Source of the DNA: Candidatus Poribacteria bacterium
GTDB taxonomy: Bacteria > Poribacteria > WGA-4E > WGA-3G
Assembly (NCBI GenBank): GCA_965215265.1
Contig: OZ244048.1
Span: forward strand, 3,328,001 to 3,392,000
Direction: 5' to 3'
Length of the DNA stretch: 64,000 nt
Both the position numbers and the translations under genes were made by a program. Positions 29,639 to 40,067 of the stretch are shown here, piece by piece. Every line of letters starts with the position of its first letter. The stretch's first letter is position 1. The notes beneath the pieces were generated by a model. It was not told the origin of the DNA, made no database searches, and worked only from the letters and a program-made list of their open reading frames with translations.

Positions 29639-30655
29639 ATGAATCGTCAAATAACTTTGTCTGCACGGCCCGTCGGATACCCGAAGGAATCTGACTTCGC
29701 CTTAGTCAAAACGCCAATCCTGACTCCGGAAGACGGACAGGTATTAGTAAAAACCATTTATCTCTCAGTCGACCCGTATATGCGGGGACGCATCAATCCA
29801 GCGCGTTCTTATGCGGCCAATGTTGAAATTGGTGAGGTCATGGTAGGTGGTGTAATTGGGCAAGTGCTTGAATCCAAACATCCGGATTTTGCGCACGGCG
29901 ATTTTGTGAACGCGAACATCGGGTGGCAGGAATACGGAATAGTTAACGGTGATGGGTTGCGGAAAATTGACCCGACAATTGCGCCGATTTCAACAGGGGC
30001 AGGCATTCTCGGGATGCCCGGTTTGACAGCCTATTTCGGTTTACTTGAGATTGGCAAACTTCAGGAGGGCGAGACAGTGTTCGTCTCTGGTGCGGCTGGT
30101 GCTGTCGGGTCAGTTGTCGGGCAGATTGCAAAAATTAAGGGATGCCGCGTTGTCGGCTCTGCAGGAACCGATGAGAAGATTGCGTATATCGTTGACGAGC
30201 TCGGCTTTGATGCTGCTTTTAATTACAAAAAAGTTACCGACTATCAGAGAAAATTAGGCGAACTCTTCAGCGATGGTATTGATGTCTATTTTGACAATGT
30301 TGGTGGTGCGATTACGGATGCAGTTTTCTTGAATTTAAGGGTTAAAGGTCGTGTTGTTATCTGCGGTCAGATTTCACAGTATAATTTAGAGAATCCGGAG
30401 GTGGGTCCACGGTTTCTATGGCATCTCATTACGCAGCGCGCTCGGATTGAGGGGTTCCTCGTTTCTGAATTCGCTGAGCGGCATGCAGAGGCTCTTGTGG
30501 AAATGTCAGCCTGGGTTCGACAAGGGAAATTGAAATATCGTGAGACAATAGAGGAGGGTGGCATTGAACGGGCACCTGCGGCGTTCATTAGCATGCTGAA
30601 AGGGGGTAATATCGGAAAACAACTCGTCAAAATCGCGGATGTAAGTGAATTGTAG
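29639..30655 (+). CDS. NADP-dependent oxidoreductase (CurA/prostaglandin reductase family)
   Basis: YLSVDPYMRGR, GMPGLTAYFGL, SGAAGAVGS, DVYFDNVGG, CGQISQYN, GNIGKQLV. Confidence 0.93.
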   Translation: MNRQITLSARPVGYPKESDFALVKTPILTPEDGQVLVKTIYLSVDPYMRGRINPARSYAANVEIGEVMVGGVIGQVLESKHPDFAHGDFVNANIGWQEYGIVNGDGLRKIDPTIAPISTGAGILGMPGLTAYFGLLEIGKLQEGETVFVSGAAGAVGSVVGQIAKIKGCRVVGSAGTDEKIAYIVDELGFDAAFNYKKVTDYQRKLGELFSDGIDVYFDNVGGAITDAVFLNLRVKGRVVICGQISQYNLENPEVGPRFLWHLITQRARIEGFLVSEFAERHAEALVEMSAWVRQGKLKYRETIEEGGIERAPAAFISMLKGGNIGKQLVKIADVSEL

Positions 30656-30675
30656 GCGGGTTTTCGGAACCCGCC
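30655..30675. terminator. Hairpin between convergent genes
   Basis: GGCGGGTT-TTCGG-AACCCGCC. Confidence 0.65.
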
Positions 30676-30717
30676 AAATAGAATTGTCTGAAGGCGGCAG
30701 CTATCGTGTATGCAGGC

Positions 30718-31662
30718 TTAGTACCCTTTTTGCTTGTCAATAACACTCAGGAGTGGTTTACCAACCAAAAGTCGTTCAAGGTTATTGCAGAAGAGGCCAA
30801 CGGTCCGGTCGAGACGGATCGGTGAACCGCCAGCGACGTGCGGTGTAACAATGACATTTGGCATACCCCAGAGAGGGCTGTCATCAGACAGTGGTTCTTC
30901 TGGTGTAACATCCAGCCCTGCGCCGCCGATAAGTTCTTTCTTCAGAGCGTTAAGCAGTGCCGGTCCGTCTACAATCTTGCCGCGCGTAACGTTGATAAGC
31001 AAGGCGTGCTGTTTCATCTGTTGGAAGGCCGCATTGTCAAACATTCCGTGTGTCTCCTGCGTCAAAGGTGCGCAAATGGAAACGATGTCTGACTCCGCCA
31101 GCAAGTCATGGAAGTGCTTCATGTTCCAGACTTCGTGTACAAACGAGGGTGCCTCCACCGGCTCAGGATCAACGGCGATGACGCGCATATCAAATCCTTG
31201 TGCTCGTCTGGCGACTTCAATTCCGGTGCCGCCGAGTCCGATAATACCGAGGGTGCGTTCACTCAGTTCCCATGTTGCTAACCTGATGGACATGCGGTTC
31301 TGCCAGGTCCGTTCACGGACGGAACGGCCAATGCCGCGGAGTAATCCGAGAATTAGAGCCCACGTCTGGTCTGCCAAATGAGGACCAACGAATCCTTTGG
31401 CACTGGTTAAGATAACATCGCTCTTGACGAATTCAGGGAAGAGGAGTCCATCAACGCCTGCAGAAAGCACTTGCACCAATTTGAGTTGCTTGGCGTTCTC
31501 AAAAAGCGAGCGATTAAACCCACCGAAAACAACGTCGGTATCCACAATTTCACGGTGTGCTTCCGCCGCATTCTTGGGTTGAACAAGGCGGAGTTCTTCA
31601 GACACGGATGCAATTTGTGTCTGCTGTTCCGATGTGATGTCAGTGTTAATCAAAATTTTCAT
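30718..31662 (-). CDS. D-2-hydroxyacid dehydrogenase
   Basis: SAGVD, GIIGLGGTG, INVTRG, LDV..EEPL, TPHVAG; GGAGGAG RBS at 31671-31677. Confidence 0.92.
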   Translation of the reverse strand: MKILINTDITSEQQTQIASVSEELRLVQPKNAAEAHREIVDTDVVFGGFNRSLFENAKQLKLVQVLSAGVDGLLFPEFVKSDVILTSAKGFVGPHLADQTWALILGLLRGIGRSVRERTWQNRMSIRLATWELSERTLGIIGLGGTGIEVARRAQGFDMRVIAVDPEPVEAPSFVHEVWNMKHFHDLLAESDIVSICAPLTQETHGMFDNAAFQQMKQHALLINVTRGKIVDGPALLNALKKELIGGAGLDVTPEEPLSDDSPLWGMPNVIVTPHVAGGSPIRLDRTVGLFCNNLERLLVGKPLLSVIDKQKGY

Positions 31663-31865
31663 GTGCATCTCTCCTCCATTTTGTGGTATTCTATATAGAA
31701 ATAAAAAACAGAATTTATTGTAAGGCGAGTCCAAAAGCACGTTTCTTCGGACAAGTTCCGGGTGATGCCATTTCAGTATTGAAAATTCCGAATCGGAATT
31801 CCTCATACACCGGTGCTCGTTTTCAATAAAATAGACACAACTTCTCAGAAAAGGAGAATTACATT

Positions 31866-32393
31866 GTGATTTATTCACGTTTCAACTTAAGGATTGGGAA
31901 ACAATCTCGTTCATTGCCGGCCATCCTTTTTACCATTAGTGTTCTACTTCTGTCAATCTTCATCCTCAGCTGCGGTGATGAAGGGGAATCTGTTGAAGAG
32001 GCATCCGGTGGTATGATAGATATTATCCAACCCACGACAACACCACCCGTAGAGCAACCCGTTGCGGTTGAGGAAGCGGACGTTGTTGAAGAGCCGGTGG
32101 TTGAAGAGCCGCTGGTTTCGTTTAAGGACGATATTTCTCCCATCCTCCAAGAGCGATGCGCGATACCCGGATGCCACGTCGCGGGAGGTGCCGCAAATCT
32201 AGACCTCAGTCAATATGACACCTTCAAAAAAGGTGGAAACGGTGGTCCTGCGTTTGTTGCAGGAGATGGTGATAAGAGCCTAGTTGTCAAACGCATTGAT
32301 GGTGGCGGAATGCCGCCGATTCCACCTGCCTTAGACGAGGATCAGATCCAACTCTTCATTGATTGGATTAATGAAGGTGCCGAAGAAAACTAA
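31866..32393 (+). CDS. Lipoprotein with planctomycete-type cytochrome c domain
   Basis: Lipobox ILSC, acidic/Pro linker, VSFKDDISPILQERCAIPGCH, LDLS, MPP, WINEGA. Confidence 0.8.
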   Translation: MIYSRFNLRIGKQSRSLPAILFTISVLLLSIFILSCGDEGESVEEASGGMIDIIQPTTTPPVEQPVAVEEADVVEEPVVEEPLVSFKDDISPILQERCAIPGCHVAGGAANLDLSQYDTFKKGGNGGPAFVAGDGDKSLVVKRIDGGGMPPIPPALDEDQIQLFIDWINEGAEEN

Positions 32394-32673
32394 ACATTCC
32401 CGGTATCATAGCATTTTGTCATCTTTGTGTCAATACTAAAAAATTTTAATAACCTCGTAGATAGCAGACTTCTAAAGCTGCAAATCTACGGGGAGATAAA
32501 AAATGATTAGATTGGCTGGAATTCTGGGTTGAGAGGAAAAAGGCACGGCTATAATACAGAGTAGGACAATGAGAAGGTTGGGAACCGGTGCTAAGTAAAC
32601 TGGAACATTTCATGGATCTGGGCGACAAATTGCAAAGATGAAAAGACTCTGACGAGACTAGCTAAGGGATTTC

Positions 32674-34617
32674 ATGCCAAACCCTTCTGAGCGAGTTAAC
32701 ATAGAAAAAAAACGAAAAAACGTCAGTGTCCGTGCGGTGCTGATCGCGCTCCTCTTCACTATTCCGAACTCTTATTGGCTGATGATTAACTGGGGTCCAT
32801 CTGGTTATGGCAGCGGCCAGAGTTTTCCTACTGTATCCACAGTCTATTTTAATGTCATTTTTATCGTTTTGCTCCTGATGGGTCTGAACCCGCTGCTTCG
32901 TACAATTCGGGGGCGCGCGAGCCTCAGCGATGGGGAATTGATGGTGGTGTATCTCCTCTTATCCATTGCATCTTCCATCGCTGGGCATGACACGCTTCAG
33001 ATACTGTGGCCGTTACTTACCTATCCTATATGGTTTGCTAGCCCGGAAAATGAGTGGGCAGAGCTGTTCCACCAGCACATGCCTGCGTGGTTGACGATTA
33101 AAGAGCGAGATGTCTTAGCAACATTTTATCAAGGCGACGACTCATTTCACACGTTTGAACACTTACAACTCTGGCTGACACCTGTGTTGTGGTGGTCTTC
33201 CCTGATTATTGTGTTAACGTTCATGATGCTTTGCATCACCCTCCTGATACGACACCAATGGGTGACACACGAAAAATTAAGTTATCCAGTCATCCAGATA
33301 CCGCTCCATCTGACAGAAAAAGGCGGCCGGGTGTTGCTTACAAATCGTCTGTTCCTGCTTGGTGCGGTTCTTGCCGGTGGCATGAATTTACTGAACGGGC
33401 TCCACTTTCTCTTTCCAAGTGTGCCGGGGTTAGGCGGCAGTCTCTACAATTTAGGACAGTACTTCCAGACGAAACCGCTGAATGCGATTGGCAGGCTTCC
33501 TATTGCTGTTTACCCGTTTGCAATTGGGATGAGTTTCTTTATCCCTTTGGAACTCTCGTTCTCCATTTGGTTTTTCTATCTTTTCCATAAAATGACGCGC
33601 GTGTGGGGTACTATGGCTGGTATTGGACACCTGCCGGGCTTCCCATTTCTCGATGCCCAATCTTTCGGGGCGTGGTTCTGTTTAGGCATCTCGGCGATCT
33701 GGCTGACTCGAAAGTTCATAGGGCACCAAGTGAAAAACGTCCTCGGTGGGCATGGTGGTGGAGGCGAAAGCAGCCGGTTTGCAAGTTTCGCCCTCATAGG
33801 GTTGTTATTGGGCAGTCTCTTTATCCTCTTTTTCTTCAAAAGTGCGGGTGCTTCAATACTGAGCACAATCGGTTATTTCACCCTCTTCTTTGCTTTAGCG
33901 GTTGCGATTACACGCATCCGGGCTGAAGTAGGACCGCCGGCGCACGACGTTCCATGGCGACCGGATAAGGTGCTGGTCTCCTTTTTTGGAACACGGCGCA
34001 TCGGAGCAGAAGGACTGACAGCGTTCAGCATGTTTCACGGATTCAATCGCTCCTATCGTTCCCACCCGATGCCGATTATATTAGAGGGATTTAAGGTTGC
34101 ACAGGTACGTGGTCTGGCACATAACCGTTTTGTATTTTCTATTATTTTAGTGACTATAGTGGGGACAATCTCTTCTGCGTGGGCATACTACGCACAAGGT
34201 TATCACTACGGAGGAGCGGTTTACGGTGAACAAGCACAATGCCGTTGGACTTACGAGCAGTTGAAGCAGTGGTTGATTAACCCACAATCTATAGATATTG
34301 GTGCCGTCTCTGCTTCCGGCGGTGCGATTGCGTTAACAACCCTTTTGATGGTGCTTCGCCGCCGGTTTATTTGGTGGCCATTCCATCCTGCCGGCTATGC
34401 CTTGTCGCTGAGTTTTTGGAATACGAGTTGGTATTGGTTCTCGATCTTTCTCTCTTGGGGGATAAAAGCGATACTCTTTCAAACTGGTGGTCTGCGTACT
34501 TATCGCCGTGCTATGCCGTTTTTTATCGGTCTTGTCATTGGCGAATTCATTGTCGGTGCAATATGGACGTTAATAGGCATCGCCTTGGAACGTCCGATGT
34601 ATCGATTTATGTTTTAA
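32674..34617 (+). CDS. DUF6785/DUF6784-like polytopic membrane protein
   Basis: About 16 TM segments; QW..HEKLSYP, RIRAEVG, WWPFHPAGY, YRRAMPFFIGLVIGEF recalled from this family. Confidence 0.7.
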   Translation: MPNPSERVNIEKKRKNVSVRAVLIALLFTIPNSYWLMINWGPSGYGSGQSFPTVSTVYFNVIFIVLLLMGLNPLLRTIRGRASLSDGELMVVYLLLSIASSIAGHDTLQILWPLLTYPIWFASPENEWAELFHQHMPAWLTIKERDVLATFYQGDDSFHTFEHLQLWLTPVLWWSSLIIVLTFMMLCITLLIRHQWVTHEKLSYPVIQIPLHLTEKGGRVLLTNRLFLLGAVLAGGMNLLNGLHFLFPSVPGLGGSLYNLGQYFQTKPLNAIGRLPIAVYPFAIGMSFFIPLELSFSIWFFYLFHKMTRVWGTMAGIGHLPGFPFLDAQSFGAWFCLGISAIWLTRKFIGHQVKNVLGGHGGGGESSRFASFALIGLLLGSLFILFFFKSAGASILSTIGYFTLFFALAVAITRIRAEVGPPAHDVPWRPDKVLVSFFGTRRIGAEGLTAFSMFHGFNRSYRSHPMPIILEGFKVAQVRGLAHNRFVFSIILVTIVGTISSAWAYYAQGYHYGGAVYGEQAQCRWTYEQLKQWLINPQSIDIGAVSASGGAIALTTLLMVLRRRFIWWPFHPAGYALSLSFWNTSWYWFSIFLSWGIKAILFQTGGLRTYRRAMPFFIGLVIGEFIVGAIWTLIGIALERPMYRFMF

Positions 34618-34791
34618 TAAAAGAACGTTACCGTGCCAAACCGTAAGATAACGCAATAGCTATTGAAAGTTGACGAAAACGTGTTGGATACGGTAAAATG
34701 TAACTCATGGAAGTTAACGCAACTGTGCGCCACAATTCTATTCTTCAGATTAGAGATGTAGGTAGCGCGTAAATTTGATGAAATTTTTCTG

Positions 34792-35463
34792 ATGTGGTAT
34801 ACCAATAATCAATTCTGGACTCCCCGCCCTTTGTATCGGTGGGGGCATAGACTGACGACGCTCTTCTGTAAGAGCATGGGCCATCTTGAAGCGCGAGGGG
34901 TTCAATACATTCCGCGCGAAGGCGGTGTGCTGCTTGTTTCAAACCATGTCAGTCTACTGGACCCGGTTATCGTTGGCTCTGCTGTAAACCGCGAGGTCCA
35001 CTACATGGCACGGAGCAACGTTTTTAAGGTTCCGGGTTTGGGGAAACTGATTTCGGCATATAATGCCTATCCTGTAAATCGAGGTGCTCCGGATTTAGGG
35101 GCGTTGCGGCGGACTATCTCGCTACTGAAAGCCGGCAACGTAGTGCTTATCTTTCCGGAAGGGACCCGTAGTGTTGATGGGACGTTAGGAAAGGCACATG
35201 ACGGTGTCTGCTTTATTGTGCACCGAGCCGGTGTACCGACGTTACCTATTTTTCACAGCGGGGCAGAACGCATGTTGCGTCGAGGCAGCAAATCTCTTCG
35301 TCGCGCTAAGCTCACCGTAACCGTGGGAGAGCCTATTGAGTTTACCGGACTGGATAAGTTTGACGTGAAACGCGAACTATATCAACACATGGGCATCGAG
35401 ATAATGCAAGCCATTGCTGAACTCAGAGATAAGAGGCACGAACGTCTATCTGAACCGGTTTGA
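34792..35463 (+). CDS. plsC: 1-acyl-sn-glycerol-3-phosphate acyltransferase
   Basis: SNHVSLLDP (HX4D) and IFPEGTRS. Confidence 0.88.
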   Translation: MWYTNNQFWTPRPLYRWGHRLTTLFCKSMGHLEARGVQYIPREGGVLLVSNHVSLLDPVIVGSAVNREVHYMARSNVFKVPGLGKLISAYNAYPVNRGAPDLGALRRTISLLKAGNVVLIFPEGTRSVDGTLGKAHDGVCFIVHRAGVPTLPIFHSGAERMLRRGSKSLRRAKLTVTVGEPIEFTGLDKFDVKRELYQHMGIEIMQAIAELRDKRHERLSEPV

Positions 35464-35650
35464 CCTTTTTGTCAAGAAGCAACTCCGGTGCCGATACGCC
35501 ATCCGTCGCTCACCTGGGATGAACACATTGATTATACGAGAGCCCAATATCATCTTTGGCCAGATGCCATAACCAAGAAAACGCTTGAGATTTTCTTGGA
35601 GAAAAGAGCCTCTGAGTATCCAAGAAACACGCAAATTGTGAGGTGAACTC

Positions 35651-36011
35651 ATGAAAACTTTGAACACTTTCCTTGTTTTTTTATGTTCATGACCGCGTTA
35701 TCTAGTTGTGGTGTGAAGCACGTCAATGCACCGCACCCCTCCAAAACACGACTCCCGTCGGTGAGAAAGAAGAACAGGATGCCCCTAAAGAAGATTTCAT
35801 CATCGGGTTCAATCCATTCAAGGATGACCCGGACAATCCGAGCCCGCACAACCGCCTTGTCAGCAAGTTCGGAGATATTCCAGAAGTCCGCACCTACATA
35901 AGGTATAAGCAAAAACTCCGGCACGGACACGAACTTAACATTGATAAAGTAATAGAATTCTATACTGCAGAAGTCTACCTCTATCGGACATCTGCCGCAA
36001 AGGCGATATAA
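35651..36011 (+). pseudogene. Frameshifted lipoprotein gene
   Basis: GAGGTG RBS plus MKTLNTFLVF; frame breaks at T7 (35676-35682) and at a GCACC duplication; lipobox LSSC. Confidence 0.55.
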
Positions 36012-36122
36012 AAAACGTTCAAAAAAGACAAAGAGCTATACATACGACTGGGAATCTCAATGGATGGACTGGATAGGGTGCCGAGGAGGTTTGCCATAAC
36101 TAACCCGGCGAACATTGTTCGG

Positions 36123-37220
36123 TTAGGAGGATGTCGGATTCGCTAAAATAGACACCGTATCGCCCTCTTGGATCTGATATGTTTTCCCTTCTACTCGCAG
36201 CTGCCCTTTACTTCGTGCGTGCCTGAAACCGCCACACGCAACTAATTCGCTACAGTTGATAATCTCTGCCCGCACGAAACCGCGTTCAAAATCTGTATGG
36301 ATAGTGCCTGCCGCGTCGACAGCGGTTTGCCCGTGCCGCAGCGTCCATGCTTTAACTTCGTTCGTGTTCCCTGTAAAAAATGTGATTAATCCGAGGAGCC
36401 GATAGGATGCTTGTATAAACCGCGTTACTGCAGATTCGCCTAACCCCATTTCAGTCATAAACACCTTTGCATCGGCTGGATCGAGTTGTGCGATTTCCAT
36501 TTCCAATTGCGCTGCCAGCACAAAAACCGCGGTGCCTGGGGAACGCTCGTATTCAGAGAACCGCTTCACAATTTCATCCATTGTGTCTAGTTGTGATTCC
36601 CCTATATTACAGATGAGCATTAACGGCTTTTGCGTTAAGAAGCCATAACCGCGTATCAATTTTTCCTCATTATCAGAGAGGGTTATAGCGCGGAGAGGTG
36701 TTCCGGCTTCTAAAGTCTGCTTACACTGTTCTAAAACCCGGAGCTCAGTTTCGTGTTCGGGGGATTTCTGGCTCTGTATTAACTTACGGAGCCTGGCGAG
36801 TCTGCTTTCAATCACTTGCAGATCAGCAAATGTTAACTCAAGTCCAACGTTTTCAATATCGCGTTCTGGGTTGACGCTACCGTCAACGTGTGGAACCGTT
36901 TCATCTTCGAATATCCTGACGACATGGGCGAGTGCATCAACTGTACGAAGGCTCGCCAGAATTCCGGCATCTAATTCTGCTTGTGCTGTATCCGTTTGGG
37001 TTACGCCTGCGACATCTATATAGTCTATTGTCGCGGGTGTGACTTTTTTCGGTTGGAGTACCTCTGCTAAGCGTATCAAACGTTCGTCTGGGACGTTAAT
37101 GGTACAGCGGTTTGTCTCAGAACGTCCTGTATATCCTCCTATTTCCGCTGTGGCATGCCCAAGTGCATTGAAAACGGTGGTTTTACCAACGTGAGGTCTG
37201 CCTACAATGCCTATTTTCAT
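36123..37220 (-). CDS. ychF: Obg-family ATPase YchF
   Basis: GIVG.PHVGKTT, VPDERL, LTQKP, LITFFT, AAGTIHTDFERGF.RAE, EGKTY. Confidence 0.93.
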   Translation of the reverse strand: MKIGIVGRPHVGKTTVFNALGHATAEIGGYTGRSETNRCTINVPDERLIRLAEVLQPKKVTPATIDYIDVAGVTQTDTAQAELDAGILASLRTVDALAHVVRIFEDETVPHVDGSVNPERDIENVGLELTFADLQVIESRLARLRKLIQSQKSPEHETELRVLEQCKQTLEAGTPLRAITLSDNEEKLIRGYGFLTQKPLMLICNIGESQLDTMDEIVKRFSEYERSPGTAVFVLAAQLEMEIAQLDPADAKVFMTEMGLGESAVTRFIQASYRLLGLITFFTGNTNEVKAWTLRHGQTAVDAAGTIHTDFERGFVRAEIINCSELVACGGFRHARSKGQLRVEGKTYQIQEGDTVSILANPTSS

Positions 37221-37370
37221 ATTTTATTTTTATCCAGTTTTGGTTAGGGTTTTTGCAGTGGGTGAAAATTCTGTCCTTGTGATGAGGACAACGGCCTTTT
37301 GGAAAAACGGGCTCGTGAAGAGGGACTCATGTTCAAAACAGACATATTTTGAGTTCTAATAGAAAAAAAA

Positions 37371-37399
37371 TTGACAAGTTTACCATAAAATGATAAACT
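37371..37399 (+). promoter_or_regulatory. Sigma70 promoter
   Basis: TTGACA-17 nt-TAAACT with A-tract upstream. Confidence 0.65.
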
Positions 37400-37537
37400 A
37401 AATAACTAAAGTCGGATTTCCTAAACTATAGTGGGTAGCAGTGCGCAGAATGCACGCTTACCAGCAGAGAGGCAAAGTATGGAAATGCTCTATTTTCATA
37501 CGCTCTCCGTGAATTACAACTGAGAGGTGAATCCAAG

Positions 37538-37927
37538 ATGACTAACCAGAGCCCGAAATGGACTAACTACATCAGTAAGGCTTTGATTATTATTTTAATA
37601 TTTATGGTTTGTCTCGCCATTTTGCAATGGTTTATCATCAAAGAGTTATTCAGTTTTGGGGCAGAGATGGTGAAAGACTCATTGACTAAACAAGCCCCTG
37701 AAGGCGTTGACCGTGCCTATATTCACCAGACGTTTCAACGCGTTAAAATCGCCGGGCAGCAGCTGCCGTTTAGCTTCATCACTGGGAGAATTAGTCTCCG
37801 AAAAATTAGAGAGGTTGGCGAATACGCAATCGCAGCCAACGCTGATGAGTCGTGGGATGCAGAAGAAATTAACACTCTCCTTCGGATGATGAATGCTTCT
37901 GTCGGGTTTAAAGGAGCAACAGAGTAA
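37538..37927 (+). CDS. Hypothetical protein with N-terminal membrane anchor
   Basis: GAGGTG RBS, single TM segment. Confidence 0.7.
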   Translation: MTNQSPKWTNYISKALIIILIFMVCLAILQWFIIKELFSFGAEMVKDSLTKQAPEGVDRAYIHQTFQRVKIAGQQLPFSFITGRISLRKIREVGEYAIAANADESWDAEEINTLLRMMNASVGFKGATE

Positions 37928-37931
37928 CACG

Positions 37932-38690
37932 ATGCCGATGGAACTCACCCCCCCTTATGAAAGGTTTGCATACGCCTACGATAGGATGATGACAAACGTC
38001 AATTACACGCGTTGGGCCCTCTATATTGAATCGATTTTCGATAAGTACGATTGTAAACCTCGCCGCATCTTGGATGTGGCTTGTGGTACAGGAGCCTTGA
38101 CGCTCCTGTTAGCGTCAAAAGGCTATGAGATGACCGGCATTGATAGAGCAAGCGGCATGCTTGAGATTGCACGCGAAAAAGCAGAAATGGCGAACCTGCA
38201 GATCAAATTCCAGCAGGGCGACATGCTCGACTTCCAGTTAAACCAGCAATTTGATGCAATCCTCTGTACCTATGATAGTATTAACTATGCTCGCGATGAA
38301 GATGAGTTAAGCGGCGTGTTCCAAACTGTTTCTGAGCATTTAGCCCCCGATGGGCTGTTTACCTTTGACGTGACAACTGAGCGAAACATCGTGGAACATT
38401 TTCATAATAGGACCTTCTCCGAAAATCACGAGGACTATACCTACATTTGGAAAAATAGTTACTTTCATCACTCGAAAATCTGCACAACCCGTCTGACCTT
38501 TTTCATCCGGGAAGGCGAGTCGTTTCGTCGGTTTGAAGAGATTCATCAGCAGAAAATGTTTGACGTAAGTACTGTCGAAGCACTGCTCAAAGCGTCCGGT
38601 TATAAACCATTAAGTGCTTACGATATGTATACGTTCAACAAGTGGAACCGCTATTCAGATCGGATTAATTTTACTGCCCGGCTGATATGA
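37932..38690 (+). CDS. Class I SAM-dependent methyltransferase
   Basis: ILDVACGTG, GID, QGDM, FDAILC.YDSINY, L.PDGLF.FD. Confidence 0.9.
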   Translation: MPMELTPPYERFAYAYDRMMTNVNYTRWALYIESIFDKYDCKPRRILDVACGTGALTLLLASKGYEMTGIDRASGMLEIAREKAEMANLQIKFQQGDMLDFQLNQQFDAILCTYDSINYARDEDELSGVFQTVSEHLAPDGLFTFDVTTERNIVEHFHNRTFSENHEDYTYIWKNSYFHHSKICTTRLTFFIREGESFRRFEEIHQQKMFDVSTVEALLKASGYKPLSAYDMYTFNKWNRYSDRINFTARLI

Positions 38691-38747
38691 GCATCAGGCC
38701 CTGCGAGTTTAGAATTCCGGTCAAGTTTCAGTCACGAGGAGAAAAAA

Positions 38748-39800
38748 TTAGAGTGTTTCGGCAATCATATCTCCGACTTGTTCTGTGGTGTAGCCCATTT
38801 TGCCTGCACCCAGGTTTTTAATCTTCCCACTGGCAAGCAGGTTACTTATAGATTTTTCAACAGCTGCAGCGGATTCTGTCTGCCCAAGATGATCTAGCAT
38901 CATCCCTGCTGCTCCAATTGCAGCGATAGGGTTAATCTGATTTTTGCCGGTATAGCGTGGTGCGGAACCGTGGATGGGTTCAAACATCGCTACACTCTCT
39001 GGGTTCAAATTGCCGGATGCAGCAATTCCCATACCGCCCTGAATCATTGCGCCAAGGTCTGTTATAATGTCGCCAAACATATTACATGTCACGATGACAT
39101 CAAACCACTCTGGATTTTTGACCATCCACATCGTTGTAGCATCAACGAGCGTATGTTCTTTCTTAATATCAGGGTAATCTTGACCGACCTCGGCAAAGAC
39201 GCGCTGCCACAAGTCGTGTGCGTAGGTAAGGACATTACACTTATCACAGAGTGTCAACGTATTTTGCTCGTCGCGCTTCCGAGTGAATTCAAAAGCATAG
39301 CGAATACACCGCTCTACCCCTTTGTAGGTGTTAATCATTTCTTGGATTGCGACTTCATCGTGGGTACCACGTTTCAAAAATCCACCGATACCGGCGTATA
39401 ACCCCTCGGTATTTTCGCGAACGATAACGAAATCGATCTCCTCGGGGCCTTTGTCTTTAAGTGGCGTAGGTACGCCCGGATAGAGTTTCACAGGCCGTAA
39501 ATTGATGTAGAGATCCAGTTCGAACCGGACCTTTAGCAGAATGCCTTTCTCTAATATACCGGGTTTAACATCCGGATGCCCGATGGCTCCGAGATAGATA
39601 GCATCAAGATCTCGGAGTTCTTCTAAAACAGAGTTCGGTAGTACTTCGCCGGTTGCGAGGTACCGGTCGCCGCCGACATCGTATTCAACTGTTTCATATT
39701 GGAAATCTGCCTTGTCAGCTGCGGCCCCGAAGACTTTCATTGCTTCGCGTGTTACTTCGGGGCCGATTCCATCGCCAGGGATGAGGCCGATTTTATACAT
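38748..39800 (-). CDS. leuB: 3-isopropylmalate dehydrogenase
   Basis: [40 protein letters not shown]; GGAGGA RBS. Confidence 0.88.
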   Translation of the reverse strand: MYKIGLIPGDGIGPEVTREAMKVFGAAADKADFQYETVEYDVGGDRYLATGEVLPNSVLEELRDLDAIYLGAIGHPDVKPGILEKGILLKVRFELDLYINLRPVKLYPGVPTPLKDKGPEEIDFVIVRENTEGLYAGIGGFLKRGTHDEVAIQEMINTYKGVERCIRYAFEFTRKRDEQNTLTLCDKCNVLTYAHDLWQRVFAEVGQDYPDIKKEHTLVDATTMWMVKNPEWFDVIVTCNMFGDIITDLGAMIQGGMGIAASGNLNPESVAMFEPIHGSAPRYTGKNQINPIAAIGAAGMMLDHLGQTESAAAVEKSISNLLASGKIKNLGAGKMGYTTEQVGDMIAETL

Positions 39801-39873
39801 GGTTGTCCTCCAAAAGTCATTTTTGTCTGCCTGCCGCATCACGCACAACAGGCTTCAATTTTAGATTCTTTAT

Positions 39874-39902
39874 ATTTTACCACATTTGGCGGTATATTGC
39901 AA
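39874..39902 (-). promoter_or_regulatory. Sigma70 promoter of leuB
   Basis: TTGCAA-17 nt-TAAAAT with TG. Confidence 0.6.
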
Positions 39903-40067
39903 ATAGGGACGCAGAGAAATCAGATTGATAAGTCGGCAAGGCTAGGGCAAAGTTCAAATCTATAGATTGAGAAAACAGAGTGATTCCAAGGATTTTTCTT
40001 CTTAAAAAAGGGCAAAGCTGCTATAATACCTTCATCTGAAGATTGAAACAACCGTTGAGGAAAGAAT

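Noticed and set aside
30734-31381. Long antisense ORFs (this 215-aa one and many similar in the track)
   Set aside because: Shadow frames of well-supported genes on the opposite strand
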